DNA of 64,000 bases from a virus: positions 43,981 through 107,980 of the IMG/VR virus record IMGVR_UViG_3300045049_000286, one strand, 5' to 3'. The notes below the pieces were generated by a model. That model was not told where the DNA came from and made no database searches. It saw only the letters and a program-made list of their open reading frames with translations. Shown here piece by piece: positions 53,361 through 63,378 of this stretch; the first letter of the stretch is position 1, and every line of letters begins with the position of its first letter. Made by a program: the position numbers and the translations under genes.

Positions 53361-56138
53361 ATGGCGACGCCGCCGCAGAACCCCATGCCCAATCCCCAGC
53401 AGGCCCAGAACGCGCAGAACCTCGCGCAAGGGACTCTGCTGGGGACGGCCGCTTTCCAGCGCACCATCGACCAGCTCGAACGGTTCCTAACGGACCTGAC
53501 GAACAAGGTCTCGCGGCAGACCGGGCTTGGTACCACGGGCATGGGAGCAGCGTCGCTGGGGCTGCCGACTGCGGGAGCCGGCGGCCTGCACGGCACACAG
53601 TCGACGATGTCGTCTGGGGCTTCCCAGCAGGCGCAACTGGCGGCGTGGCAGAGGGTATCGCCGACCCCCACGATGAAGCAGCAGTTCCTCAACGGCCTCT
53701 CGCCCACGCTGTTCGGCGGCAGCTTCCGCACCGGCAACTGGCGCGGCATGGGCGCGCGGCTCGCCGGCATGGGCGCACGCAGCGGACTGGACCTCGGCGG
53801 CGGCCTGGTCTCCGGCTACGGGTCCGGTCTTGGCGGCTTCGCCACGGCCGCCGACGCCTACGCCCGGCAGGCGATGCTGTGGCAGAACTCCTTCGGGCTG
53901 TCCGGCGGGACGCTCGCGCAGTCCTACGCCGGCAGGCTGATGCGGTTCGGCGGCCAGTACTGGGGCCAGGGGGCCGCCGACATGTTCTCCGCCGGGCTGA
54001 CCATCACCCAGCAGGCCGGCGCCCAGAACGCGGGCCGGCTGCTGAATGCCGCGTCGACCACGGCGATGCTCAACCCGGGCATGAGCCTGTCCCAGGTCGC
54101 CCAGATGCAGGCGAAGTTCACCGGAGCGCAGGGCTTCTACGCGCAGCAGATGTTCGGCATCACCCCGACCCGAGCGCCGGGCGGTGTGATCCGCGACCCG
54201 CTGCAGACGGTGCTGTCCCTGGCGAACCGTGTCAACGCGAACATCGGCGGCTTCGGCGCGCTCTCCCAGCAGGGCTTCACGGCCGAGATGATGCAGGGCG
54301 GCTCGCTGTCCACGTCGCTGGCCAACTTCGGGCGGGCGCAGGGCATGAGCGGCATGGAGCAGCAGGCCATGGCCAACCAGCTCGCCGCCGTGAACACGCT
54401 GGTGGCGAACGGGAAGATGAGCCCCGACCAGGCGGTGAAGCTCCTCAACACCTTCTCCGCCAGCCCGACCAGCGCGGCGGGAAAGGCCGCCTACGCGCAG
54501 ATGAAGTCGGCCGGCCTGTCGATCGCGGACACGCTCTCGGGCGCCCAGAACATCCTGCAGGGGCGCCAGGCCAACGGGTACCTCGGGGCGACGGCCGACT
54601 ACCTCGACGCGGCGAGGACGACCGCGAACACGCTGCAGGACATCTACGACCTGCTGAACAAGGTCCTCACGCCGTTCGCCGGACTCGCCGGCGCCTACGC
54701 CTCCGGCGGCGTTCTTGGCGCGGTGGGCAACATGTTCGGCCTCGGGACGAAGGCCCCTAACGCGGGCAGCTCCGTGCAGTCCAGCGAGCCGGCGGCCGTG
54801 CGCGCTTCGCAGGCGAGGTACGCCCAGTCCTACGCCGCCCAGCAGAAGTCCATCGCATCGAAGTACGGCCACTCCAGCATGCCCACCAGGGGCGGCGGCG
54901 CGTCCAGCGCATCCGGCGGCGGACAGGGCGGCTCCGGCTCCGTGGACGGCTCCGGCAGCCCCGCCGCGAACGCGTCCGCCGCGCTCGGCTTCGCGCAAAA
55001 GCAACTCGGCGACCCCTACGTCTGGGGCGGCACCGGCCCGAACGTGTGGGACTGCTCGGGTCTGACCCAGGCGGCCTGGGCGGCGGCCGGCGTCAAGCTG
55101 CCGCGCACCTCCGAGGAGCAGTCCAACGTCGGCATCATGATGTCGCTCGACCAGGCCGGCCCGGGTGACCTGATCTTCTACGGCTCCCCTGGTTCGGCGC
55201 CGCACGTCGGTATCGTGTCCGGCCCGGATCAGGTCCTGGAGGCGCCGCACACCGGCGACGTCGTCAAGTACGAGCGCATCAGCGCCGACCCGAACTGGAA
55301 GTTCGCCCGCCGCGTCTCCGGGGGACTTGGAGCTGCGACCTCCAACCTGTCCGGCGGCACCCCGGGCAACGCGGCGAACAAGCAGTCCGGGATCGGCTCG
55401 GGCGGCTCAGTGCTCGGCGGCGAAGAGGTCGACATCCTCTCGGCCATCCTCGGGGGTAAGGGTTCCGGCGTCTCGTGGGGCAGCGCGGCCGGCGACTCCT
55501 CCGGGTCGCAGACCCAGCAGGCCGCCAACACCGCCAGCACCTCCGGCGCCGGCGGCGGGGTCAACACCAACGGCTACTCCTCCTCCGCGAAGGACGCGGT
55601 TGCGCTCGGCCAGCAGATGGCCGCCGCCTATGGATGGACTGGCAGCGAGTGGACCGCCCTGTTCAAGCTGTGGAACCAGGAATCGTCGTGGAACGCGAAC
55701 GCCGTCAACCCCAGCAGCGGCGCGTACGGCATCCCGCAGGCCCTCGGCCACGGCCACCCCTACAACCTCGGGGACGCCAAGGCGCAGATCGCGTGGGGCC
55801 TGGACTACATCAAGGGCCGCTACGGAGACCCCGCCACCGCGTGGGCGCACGAGGTCGCCCAGGGCTGGTACTCCGGCGGCATCAGTGAGGTCGTCGGCGA
55901 CAAGCTCGCCATGCTCCACGACGGCGAGATGGTGCTGACCGCCAACCAGGCCCGCGACGCCCGCCGGCGCGCGGCAGCCGGCGCCCCGAACGCGGGCGGC
56001 AACGTCACGATCCACATGGGCGGCGTCACGATCCAGATGGCCTCCGCCAGCACGAGCGAAGCCCAGAGCGCGGCGAAGACGTTCGTCGACTTCGTCGCCG
56101 CCGACGACCGCATCAAGACCTTGATGGGAGGCTGGTGA
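53361..56138 (+). CDS. tape measure-like protein with NlpC/P60 peptidase and lytic transglycosylase-like domains
   Basis: QLGDPYVWGG...DCSGL...HVGI; LWNQESSWN...GAYGIPQAL...YIKGRYG; AMLHDGEMVL. Confidence 0.88.
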   Translation: MATPPQNPMPNPQQAQNAQNLAQGTLLGTAAFQRTIDQLERFLTDLTNKVSRQTGLGTTGMGAASLGLPTAGAGGLHGTQSTMSSGASQQAQLAAWQRVSPTPTMKQQFLNGLSPTLFGGSFRTGNWRGMGARLAGMGARSGLDLGGGLVSGYGSGLGGFATAADAYARQAMLWQNSFGLSGGTLAQSYAGRLMRFGGQYWGQGAADMFSAGLTITQQAGAQNAGRLLNAASTTAMLNPGMSLSQVAQMQAKFTGAQGFYAQQMFGITPTRAPGGVIRDPLQTVLSLANRVNANIGGFGALSQQGFTAEMMQGGSLSTSLANFGRAQGMSGMEQQAMANQLAAVNTLVANGKMSPDQAVKLLNTFSASPTSAAGKAAYAQMKSAGLSIADTLSGAQNILQGRQANGYLGATADYLDAARTTANTLQDIYDLLNKVLTPFAGLAGAYASGGVLGAVGNMFGLGTKAPNAGSSVQSSEPAAVRASQARYAQSYAAQQKSIASKYGHSSMPTRGGGASSASGGGQGGSGSVDGSGSPAANASAALGFAQKQLGDPYVWGGTGPNVWDCSGLTQAAWAAAGVKLPRTSEEQSNVGIMMSLDQAGPGDLIFYGSPGSAPHVGIVSGPDQVLEAPHTGDVVKYERISADPNWKFARRVSGGLGAATSNLSGGTPGNAANKQSGIGSGGSVLGGEEVDILSAILGGKGSGVSWGSAAGDSSGSQTQQAANTASTSGAGGGVNTNGYSSSAKDAVALGQQMAAAYGWTGSEWTALFKLWNQESSWNANAVNPSSGAYGIPQALGHGHPYNLGDAKAQIAWGLDYIKGRYGDPATAWAHEVAQGWYSGGISEVVGDKLAMLHDGEMVLTANQARDARRRAAAGAPNAGGNVTIHMGGVTIQMASASTSEAQSAAKTFVDFVAADDRIKTLMGGW

Positions 56139-57004
56139 TGGCCACGAACACCAGCTCGCCGGCGCCGCTTGGGCCCACGACCAACCCCGACTTCGACAAC
56201 CGCATCCTCGCTTACCCTCCGACGGCCGCGCTCGACGACAGCGCCTACGCGCCGATCCAGCTCGGCGGCGGTACTCAGCGGGCCCGCATCGCGCGCGGCT
56301 TCATGCAGTCGGCTGTCGGCCCCACCTACACCTCGGCCGGCACCGTGGCGACCACCGGGTACGGGGCGCCGATCTACTCCAGCCTGGGCACCCAGTACAC
56401 ACTGAACTTCCTGTACAACCCGTCCTCGATCGACGTGAGCTACAGCCTGGACTCCAACGCGCAGGTCATCCCGCCCTACCTGCGCTCCACCGCCGACACG
56501 GGCGTGGCGCTGACCGCGACCGGCGGCGCGCTGTCGTTCTCGCTTTTGTTCGACCGCACCTACGAGGTCAACGACAGCTCCAAGGTCGGCACCTACGCGC
56601 ACGACATCGGCGTCGGGGTCGACGCGCACGTGCTGTACGGGCTGTGCGGGATCACGATGCCGCTGCAGCAGACCGTCGACCTGAACTCCAGCAGCAAGTC
56701 CTCGGTGGCTCCGACGAGCGGGCAGACGACGTCGGTGAACCAGGCCATCAAGCTCACCCCGAACGCCATCGCCGGCACGATGCAGATGCTGCCCGTGTGG
56801 GTCACCTTCGCGCAGATCCCCTGGTCGCAGTACGGCACCGCCAACGGGGGCCGGATGACGATGCCGGACATCTCCCTGCAGCGGTACTTCGGCTACATCA
56901 CCAGCATCCAGGTGTCGTTCACGCACTTCAACCAGCGCATGGTGCCGTTCCGCTGCGGGATGCAGATCACCGTCGCCCTGCTGTCGTCGGCCGGCTACAC
57001 GTAA
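56138..57004 (+). CDS. baseplate/tube-initiator-like protein
   Basis: FLYNPSSI, SFSLLFDRT, GYITSIQVSFTHFNQRMVP.RC. Confidence 0.75.
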   Translation: MATNTSSPAPLGPTTNPDFDNRILAYPPTAALDDSAYAPIQLGGGTQRARIARGFMQSAVGPTYTSAGTVATTGYGAPIYSSLGTQYTLNFLYNPSSIDVSYSLDSNAQVIPPYLRSTADTGVALTATGGALSFSLLFDRTYEVNDSSKVGTYAHDIGVGVDAHVLYGLCGITMPLQQTVDLNSSSKSSVAPTSGQTTSVNQAIKLTPNAIAGTMQMLPVWVTFAQIPWSQYGTANGGRMTMPDISLQRYFGYITSIQVSFTHFNQRMVPFRCGMQITVALLSSAGYT

Positions 57005-57014
57005 GGAGCCAGGT

Positions 57015-57299
57015 ATGTCCGTCTCCCGCACCTCGCGCTACCAGACTTGGCAGCAGGCGCTGTTCACCGACCGCAACGGCAACCCGCAGCTCGCCCTGGT
57101 CCACCACGCCCCGGCGGCAGCCCGGCTGACGGTGCGCGACTACCTGTGGCGGGTGCACGACCGCGTCGACTCCGTGGCCGCGAAGTTCTACCTCGCCGAG
57201 GACTCCTGGTGGCTGTTCGCGCAGGCCAACCCGAACACCCTCGACTGGACCCAGCCCACCCCAGGAACGGCGGTGATCATCCCCCATGGCGTGGCGTAA
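57015..57299 (+). CDS. LysM/tail-X-like baseplate protein
   Basis: DRVDSVAAKFY...WWLFAQANP...PGT..IIP. Confidence 0.8.
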   Translation: MSVSRTSRYQTWQQALFTDRNGNPQLALVHHAPAAARLTVRDYLWRVHDRVDSVAAKFYLAEDSWWLFAQANPNTLDWTQPTPGTAVIIPHGVA

Positions 57300-58482
57300 C
57301 GTCTACCGGCCGCACGTCAACGTGGTTACCCCTGCGTACGGCGACAGTCAGCGGTTCTGGGTGGAAGACCTCACCTGCTGGATGGCCGAGCAAGCGCACC
57401 AGGTCGTCGAGCTGACGGTTGTGCACGTGCTGAACAAGGCGCTGCCGACCCAGACCGCGCTGACGCCGGCCGGCGTGGTGTGGCCGGAGAACTCCCCCGT
57501 CCACCTGCAATACGGATGGTGGGCGGACGACTCCGGCGACTTCTTCGGGTACGTGGTGTCCCACCGCGTCGCTTCCTCGGAGACGCAGGCCCGCTACGGC
57601 CACGCCATCGCGCTCACGGTGGTGTACACCTGCGTCGGCGCGAGCCTGCCCATGCAGAGCTACACCAGCAGACTGTGGCAGGACGTCTCCCCCTCCTACA
57701 TCGCCACCACGATCGCGCGCAGCTATCACCTGCAGCCGCACGTCGACTATTCGCTGGTGCACTTCACCTCCCGGATGCAGACCGCCTCCGACTGGCACTT
57801 CCTGGCCGACCTGACGACCCGCGCGAACTACCGGCTGTTCCTGGACGGGGTGAACCTGTGGTTCGCCGACCGGCACACCGTCATGCCCGCCACGGACAAC
57901 AGCGTGCCGGTGTTCCAGATGAGCAAGGAGCCGGGCCAAGTCAACTCACTGCGCGAGTTCTCCGCCGTCGTCGGTGACACTGACCCCGCCGGCGGCGTAC
58001 GCGCCACCTACCAGACCACCTCACTGAACAGGTCGAGCGGCGTCATGATGCCAGCGCAGCTCGCCCGCGCCCGCACCGACCTGCTAGGCAACCAGGTCGA
58101 CCCGATGATCACGCGGCACTACAGCAACCGGCCCGTCCACTCCTACAGCGAAGCCCAGACGCTGCTGGACGCCGACACCACGCTTTTGTGGGTGGAGTCC
58201 CGCGCGGTCACCAACGGCGACCCGCGCATCAAGCCTGGCAGCATCGTCGACCTCGAAGGCGACGCGGTCGGCTCCCAAAACCAGGGCATTTGGATGGTCC
58301 GAGCGGCAACCCACAAGCTCACCGTGAACCACTCCGACCCGCGCAAGACCGAGTACACCACCCACGCGGTCCTGGGCCGAGACAACGCGCAGTCCCTGAT
58401 CCTGCCCATCCAGAAGCCTGCCACCCCCGCCCCGCCCACCGTGCTGGTGTCGGGGCGATGGCGCGCCCAGTACACGACGTGA
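57286..58482 (+). CDS. baseplate hub (gp27/gpD-like)
   Basis: SDWHFLADL, GDPRIKPG...G.WMV...H. Confidence 0.8.
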   Translation: MAWRNVYRPHVNVVTPAYGDSQRFWVEDLTCWMAEQAHQVVELTVVHVLNKALPTQTALTPAGVVWPENSPVHLQYGWWADDSGDFFGYVVSHRVASSETQARYGHAIALTVVYTCVGASLPMQSYTSRLWQDVSPSYIATTIARSYHLQPHVDYSLVHFTSRMQTASDWHFLADLTTRANYRLFLDGVNLWFADRHTVMPATDNSVPVFQMSKEPGQVNSLREFSAVVGDTDPAGGVRATYQTTSLNRSSGVMMPAQLARARTDLLGNQVDPMITRHYSNRPVHSYSEAQTLLDADTTLLWVESRAVTNGDPRIKPGSIVDLEGDAVGSQNQGIWMVRAATHKLTVNHSDPRKTEYTTHAVLGRDNAQSLILPIQKPATPAPPTVLVSGRWRAQYTT

Positions 58483-58490
58483 GGTGAGCG

Positions 58491-59261
58491 GTGGACCACA
58501 TCCTGGGCGTGTACAACGCCGTCGTCGCCGACACCAACGACCCGACAGGTGCCGGCCGGGTGCGCCTGTACGTGCCTCAGGTCACCGGCTCCGCCGTCTC
58601 CGGCTGGGCGCACCCGGCCGGCACCGGCACCGTCCAGCCCGGCGACAAGGTCTACATGAGCTACGCCGGCGGCGACCGCAACTACCCACAGTTTTGGCCG
58701 CTCACCCCGACCGTGCAGTCCGTGCAGGGTCAAACAGGGCAGGTCTCCCTCGCCCTGCAGGCCGGCTCGCACGCCACCGTCACCGGCGCCGGCACCCCAG
58801 CCTCCCCATGGGTGGTCACGGCGCAAACCCCCACCCAGGTCGCTTGCAAAGCGCAGGGCACCAGCAGCGTCAGCTTGACCACGAACGTGCTCACGGCAGT
58901 GCCGCTGTCCTCGATCGTGACGCAGAACGCGACCGGTCCGCAGTGGTCGCTCAGCGGCAGCAACCTCATCGTCCCGGTCTCCGGGGTGTACTGGGTCTCC
59001 CTGGAGGGCGGCTACACCGCCACCGGCTCAGCCAACCCCTTTCGTACCAACGGCATGCAGCAAAACGGAACCACCGTCATCAGCGGCGGCTACCAGGCCC
59101 AGAACGTCGCCAGCGTCCTTTGGACCGACATGGTGCACCTCAACGCCGGCGACGCCCTGACCTTCCTGGGCCGCTCCTCCTTCACCACCGGCAGCGGCAA
59201 CGGCGACTCCTGCACGCACGCGGAGATCCGCATCGCCTGCGTCGCTCCCGACAGCCCCTGA
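58491..59261 (+). CDS. baseplate spike (gp5/gpV OB-fold) with C-terminal beta domain
   Basis: GVYNAVVADTNDP...GRVRLYVPQV...WA.P...GD.VY..Y.GGD..YP. Confidence 0.85.
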   Translation: MDHILGVYNAVVADTNDPTGAGRVRLYVPQVTGSAVSGWAHPAGTGTVQPGDKVYMSYAGGDRNYPQFWPLTPTVQSVQGQTGQVSLALQAGSHATVTGAGTPASPWVVTAQTPTQVACKAQGTSSVSLTTNVLTAVPLSSIVTQNATGPQWSLSGSNLIVPVSGVYWVSLEGGYTATGSANPFRTNGMQQNGTTVISGGYQAQNVASVLWTDMVHLNAGDALTFLGRSSFTTGSGNGDSCTHAEIRIACVAPDSP

Positions 59262-59277
59262 CAGAAAGGCACAGCCG

Positions 59278-59823
59278 ATGCCCGGCTTCACCGGAATGCA
59301 GGTCGTCTCCGCGACCGGCCCCTACTCGATCACACTGCCCAGCACCGTCACGTCCGTCTACGTCCTGCTCGCCGGCGCCGGCGGCGGCGGTGGCGGCGCG
59401 CCGGACGACTCGGGCATGTACAGCGGCCAGCAGGGCGGCAGCGCCGCCGTCGTCTGGGGCATCCAGAGCGTCCCGGCCGGCGCGACCATCAGCGGCACCG
59501 TCGGCTCCGGCGGCGCGGGAGGCGCGGGAGGCGCAACCCCGACCGCCGGCAGTGCTGGCGGCGACACAACCTTCGCGATCAACGGCACCGTCACCATCAC
59601 CGCAGGAGGCGGCCAGGGTGGCGCCGCCTACCCCGCGCCGAGCTACGGGGCCAACAACGGTGTCCTGACCGGGTTCCCCGACAGCGGCGGCAGTACGGGC
59701 GTCGGCGGCATCAGCGCCCCCATCACCACCGGCGACTTCGGGGCCCCCGGCGGCGGAAGCGGCTGGTCGACTCTGGCGGCTGGCCAGCCCGGCGACAACG
59801 GCGGCGCCTTCTTCATGTGGTAA
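59278..59823 (+). CDS. glycine-rich-domain virion protein
   Basis: V.V.LAGAGGGGGG...TVGSGGAGG. Confidence 0.8.
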   Translation: MPGFTGMQVVSATGPYSITLPSTVTSVYVLLAGAGGGGGGAPDDSGMYSGQQGGSAAVVWGIQSVPAGATISGTVGSGGAGGAGGATPTAGSAGGDTTFAINGTVTITAGGGQGGAAYPAPSYGANNGVLTGFPDSGGSTGVGGISAPITTGDFGAPGGGSGWSTLAAGQPGDNGGAFFMW

Positions 59824-59862
59824 CCCCGCCCGCCCGATGCGACTCACCGTGAGGATCAAAAC

Positions 59863-60966
59863 GTGGCAGACCTCTACAGCAGCTACGCCCAGCTCGCCGC
59901 AGCCCGCAACCTCGGCATCGACTACGACGTCCTGAACCAGAACGGCTCAGGGGACTACGTCCTGCACATCGCCATCCACGGCGGCGGCATCGAGCCCCCC
60001 ACCCTGCAGCTCGCGCAGGCGGCCACCGGCACCGGCGGGCCCTTCTACGGCTTCAACGCCAAGATGGCCTCCGGCAACTCCCAGCTCCACATCTCCGCGC
60101 TCACCTTCGACGAGCCGCTGTGCCTCTACAACGTCGCGCACTCGCTGCGGACCGTGTCCTGGCACGGCGTCCCCGACCAGACCACCGGGCAGCAGGCCGT
60201 CTACCTCAGCGGCCTGGACCTGGGCCTGCTCACCTCCGTCGGCTCTACGCTCAAGGCCGCCGGCTACACCGTACTGCCCGGTTACGGCGAGGTCGACGGC
60301 GCGAACCCGGCCAACATCTGCAACCGCAACCGGATCGGCGCCGGCCTGCAACTCGGGCTGACCAACGCGCTGCGCACCACCTTCTACACCGGCGGCGATC
60401 TGTCGCTGGGCTCGATCTCCAACCCGGCCAACCGCACGGCCGCGTTCTTCAAGTTCGTGGACACCGTGCGCGCGGGCATCGCCGCCGCGCCTTCGGTCGC
60501 AGCTCCCGTGGCCCAGCCCGCGAACAGTTACGCGCCGTCCACGATGCCGCAAATCCCGGCTGGCTCCACGGTGGCGGTCGCGCTGCCATTCGACGTCGAC
60601 CAGACCGGCGCCATCCAGGTCACCACCGACCCGTCCCAGCAGATGCTCGACCGGGTCCAGGCCCTGGTCGGCACCCTGCCCGGCCAGCGCGTCATGCGCG
60701 CCACCTACGGCGTGCCCACCTCACAGTTCCTTTTCATGCCCGAGGACATGGCCAACGCCGCCCTGCAGCTCGCAGTGAAAGACGCGGTCGCCACCTGGGA
60801 GCCGTCCGCCGTGGTGACGGCCGTGACCGGAACCGTGAACGAAGCCATGGGCGTGGTCAACGTGCAGGTCCAGGTGGCGCGCACCGACACCCCGAGTGCG
60901 GAGTCCGCGAACACCCGCGTGGTCGAAGTCGCCGTCGGCGGCCAGGTCAGCCCCATCGGAGTGTGA
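59863..60966 (+). CDS. poly-gamma-glutamate hydrolase (PghP/DUF867)-like domain fused to gp25/gpW-like baseplate wedge domain
   Basis: N: IAIHGGGIE, HIS..FDEP, VSWHG, NICNR..GLQL; C: LPF...LVGTLPGQRVMRATYGV...WEP. Confidence 0.82.
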   Translation: MADLYSSYAQLAAARNLGIDYDVLNQNGSGDYVLHIAIHGGGIEPPTLQLAQAATGTGGPFYGFNAKMASGNSQLHISALTFDEPLCLYNVAHSLRTVSWHGVPDQTTGQQAVYLSGLDLGLLTSVGSTLKAAGYTVLPGYGEVDGANPANICNRNRIGAGLQLGLTNALRTTFYTGGDLSLGSISNPANRTAAFFKFVDTVRAGIAAAPSVAAPVAQPANSYAPSTMPQIPAGSTVAVALPFDVDQTGAIQVTTDPSQQMLDRVQALVGTLPGQRVMRATYGVPTSQFLFMPEDMANAALQLAVKDAVATWEPSAVVTAVTGTVNEAMGVVNVQVQVARTDTPSAESANTRVVEVAVGGQVSPIGV

Positions 60967-61069
60967 ATACCTGCGAAAAACAGGCCATTCCTACCCTGCA
61001 GATATTCATCGGACCAGCATTCGGATTTCCACTCGGCCCCGCTGGTGACACCAGAAAGGGCGCCGTGGC

Positions 61070-62581
61070 ATGGTCGACCCCGGGCTACTCGCGCAGATCG
61101 ACTACACCTCGCGCGACTACGCGGGATACCGCGACTCCCTGCTGACGTATGCCAGCCAGATCATGCCGCAGTGGACGTCACGGTCGCCTGCGGACTTCGG
61201 CGTCATGATGGTCGAGCTGTTCTCGTACATGGGCGACATCATCAGCTTCTACCAGGACCGGATCGTTGACGAAGGGTTCCTCGCGACGGCCACCCAGCGG
61301 TCCTCGGTCGTAGCCATCGCCCAGCAGCTCGGCTACACCCCGTTCCCGGCGGCGCCGGCCACCGGCTACGTGAACTTCTCGCCCACCCCGGCGCTCACCA
61401 GTGCGTACACCCTGCCGCAGGGCACCCAGGTCGTCACCGCGTTCCAGACCGCGTACGACGCGCCGATCTTCTTCGAGACCAGCGCGGCGGCCGTCATCCC
61501 CGCCTACACCACGCCGGTGCCGGTCGTGACGGTCCCCGTGGTCGAGGGCCGCACCCAGGGCACACGCCAGCTCTCCCTCTACGTGGGCGGCACGATCGCG
61601 GTGGAGGACCTGGGCACCTCCAACGGGACCGTCTCGCAGACCTTCGCCCTGGCCCAGCAGCCAGTGATCTTGTCCACGGTGCGTGTGTTCATCGACGACG
61701 GCACCGGCGGCACCGAGTGGATCGTGCAGCCCGACTTCCTGCTGCAGCCGGCCACAGCGCAGATCTTCACCGTGTCCACCGACGACAACGGCGTCGCGCA
61801 CATCGCCTTCGGCGACGGCGTCAACGGCGCCATCCCCCAGTCCAACATGAAGATCACCGCGTCGTACCGGATCGGCGGCGGCTCCTACGGCAACGTGCCC
61901 GCCAACTCCATCGTCGACCTGGCAGCGCCCATCAGCGGCATCGCGGTCGCCACGCCAAACACCTCCTCGGCGATGACCGGGGGCGCCAACCAAGAGAGCC
62001 TGGACTCCATCCGCGCGAACGCCCCCCGGCAGTTCTCCGCGCAGGGGCGCGCCGTAGCGCTCGCGGACTACGCCAACCTCGCCCTGAACGTCCCCGGCAT
62101 CGTGGACGCCAACGCGGTCGGCAACTCAAGCGCGTCGGTCACCATCTACTGCCTCGGCCCCGGCGGCACCCAGCTATCCCAGCAGCAGCTCGACGCCGTG
62201 GTGAACTACGTCCAGCCGCTGGGGCTTGCCGGCGTCACCGTGACCGCCTTCAACGGCACCTACGTCTACATCAACCTCGGCACCAGCTCCGCCCCGGTGA
62301 ACCTAGGTGTGCTGCCCCGCTACAGCCGAGCCGCTGTCGTCGCGGCCGTCACCAGCGCCTGGCAGGGCATGTGGGCGCCCGGAGTCGGCGCCTTCGGGCA
62401 GCGGATCTCGCTGTCGCACATCTACGAGACGCTGCAGGAAGTCCCCGGCGTCGACTACATCCAGATCCCGGTCATGGCCCGCTACGACATGCCGCAGTCC
62501 GGGACGGTCGACATCTTGCTGAAAGCAGGCGAGTTCCCGGCGTACGGGACGCTGAACATGACCGCCAGCGGCGGGGTGTGA
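61070..62581 (+). CDS. baseplate J-like wedge protein
   Basis: IDYTSRDY, WT.RS.ADFG, FGDGVNG.IP, GGA.QES, RAV.LADY. Confidence 0.9.
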   Translation: MVDPGLLAQIDYTSRDYAGYRDSLLTYASQIMPQWTSRSPADFGVMMVELFSYMGDIISFYQDRIVDEGFLATATQRSSVVAIAQQLGYTPFPAAPATGYVNFSPTPALTSAYTLPQGTQVVTAFQTAYDAPIFFETSAAAVIPAYTTPVPVVTVPVVEGRTQGTRQLSLYVGGTIAVEDLGTSNGTVSQTFALAQQPVILSTVRVFIDDGTGGTEWIVQPDFLLQPATAQIFTVSTDDNGVAHIAFGDGVNGAIPQSNMKITASYRIGGGSYGNVPANSIVDLAAPISGIAVATPNTSSAMTGGANQESLDSIRANAPRQFSAQGRAVALADYANLALNVPGIVDANAVGNSSASVTIYCLGPGGTQLSQQQLDAVVNYVQPLGLAGVTVTAFNGTYVYINLGTSSAPVNLGVLPRYSRAAVVAAVTSAWQGMWAPGVGAFGQRISLSHIYETLQEVPGVDYIQIPVMARYDMPQSGTVDILLKAGEFPAYGTLNMTASGGV

Positions 62582-62591
62582 GGAGCAACTG

Positions 62592-63368
62592 ATGGGTTCG
62601 TCTGTCTACCCCGCCAACGTCAAGTCGTTCGTCAACCGCACCGACGGCGTCGACACGGTCTACGCAGCCAACGTGGACGACCTGCAAAACGAGGTCAACG
62701 CGGTCGAGTCCACCGTCGGCGTCAATCCCCACGTGTGGGGCGGCTACACCCCGCGCTACCAGGCGGTGTACCCCCTCGCGGCCCTGTCCGGGTCGCTGCC
62801 GCTCGCCCCGTACGCGTCGATGACCTCCCCGCAGACCTACCTGTCGGTCGCGGACCGCCTCAACCAGCTCCAGACGCAGGTGGCGTGGCTGACGGCAGTG
62901 AACAACCGCTCGGTGACCCCTGGGCCGCCGATCTGGCGCGGCCCAGTCGGCATCATCCGCTGCCCCGGAGCGCCGTTCCTCGGCGGCTTCAACACCTGGG
63001 CCTACTTCCCCTGGGGCAGCGCCGACTACGACCCGAACGGCATGTTCCAGGGCGGCACCACGATCTCGTGCCCACAGACCGGCTGGTACCGCTTCTCCCT
63101 GCAGGTGTGGTCCGACGTCGCGGTGATCTCCGGCGTCCACCACGCCAACACCCGGCTGATGGTCAACGGCGTCGAGGCCGGCACGCACGGCTCCCAGGTG
63201 CAGTACGGCGTCGTCGACCAGCACCGCATGAACCTGTCCTACGAAGGGCCGTGGACCGCCGGGCAGACGGTGGCGGTCCAGTTCAACCACACCCCGCCGG
63301 ACGCGAACAACTCCACCGTCACCGCCAGGTCGACGATCTCCATCTCCTACCTGCGCGACGTGAGCTGA
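62592..63368 (+). CDS. putative tail fibre/baseplate-associated protein
   Basis: YPANVKSF...V.A.NV.DLQNEV.AVE; beta-rich C-domain. Confidence 0.7.
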   Translation: MGSSVYPANVKSFVNRTDGVDTVYAANVDDLQNEVNAVESTVGVNPHVWGGYTPRYQAVYPLAALSGSLPLAPYASMTSPQTYLSVADRLNQLQTQVAWLTAVNNRSVTPGPPIWRGPVGIIRCPGAPFLGGFNTWAYFPWGSADYDPNGMFQGGTTISCPQTGWYRFSLQVWSDVAVISGVHHANTRLMVNGVEAGTHGSQVQYGVVDQHRMNLSYEGPWTAGQTVAVQFNHTPPDANNSTVTARSTISISYLRDVS

Positions 63369-63378
63369 GAGGCGTCGT

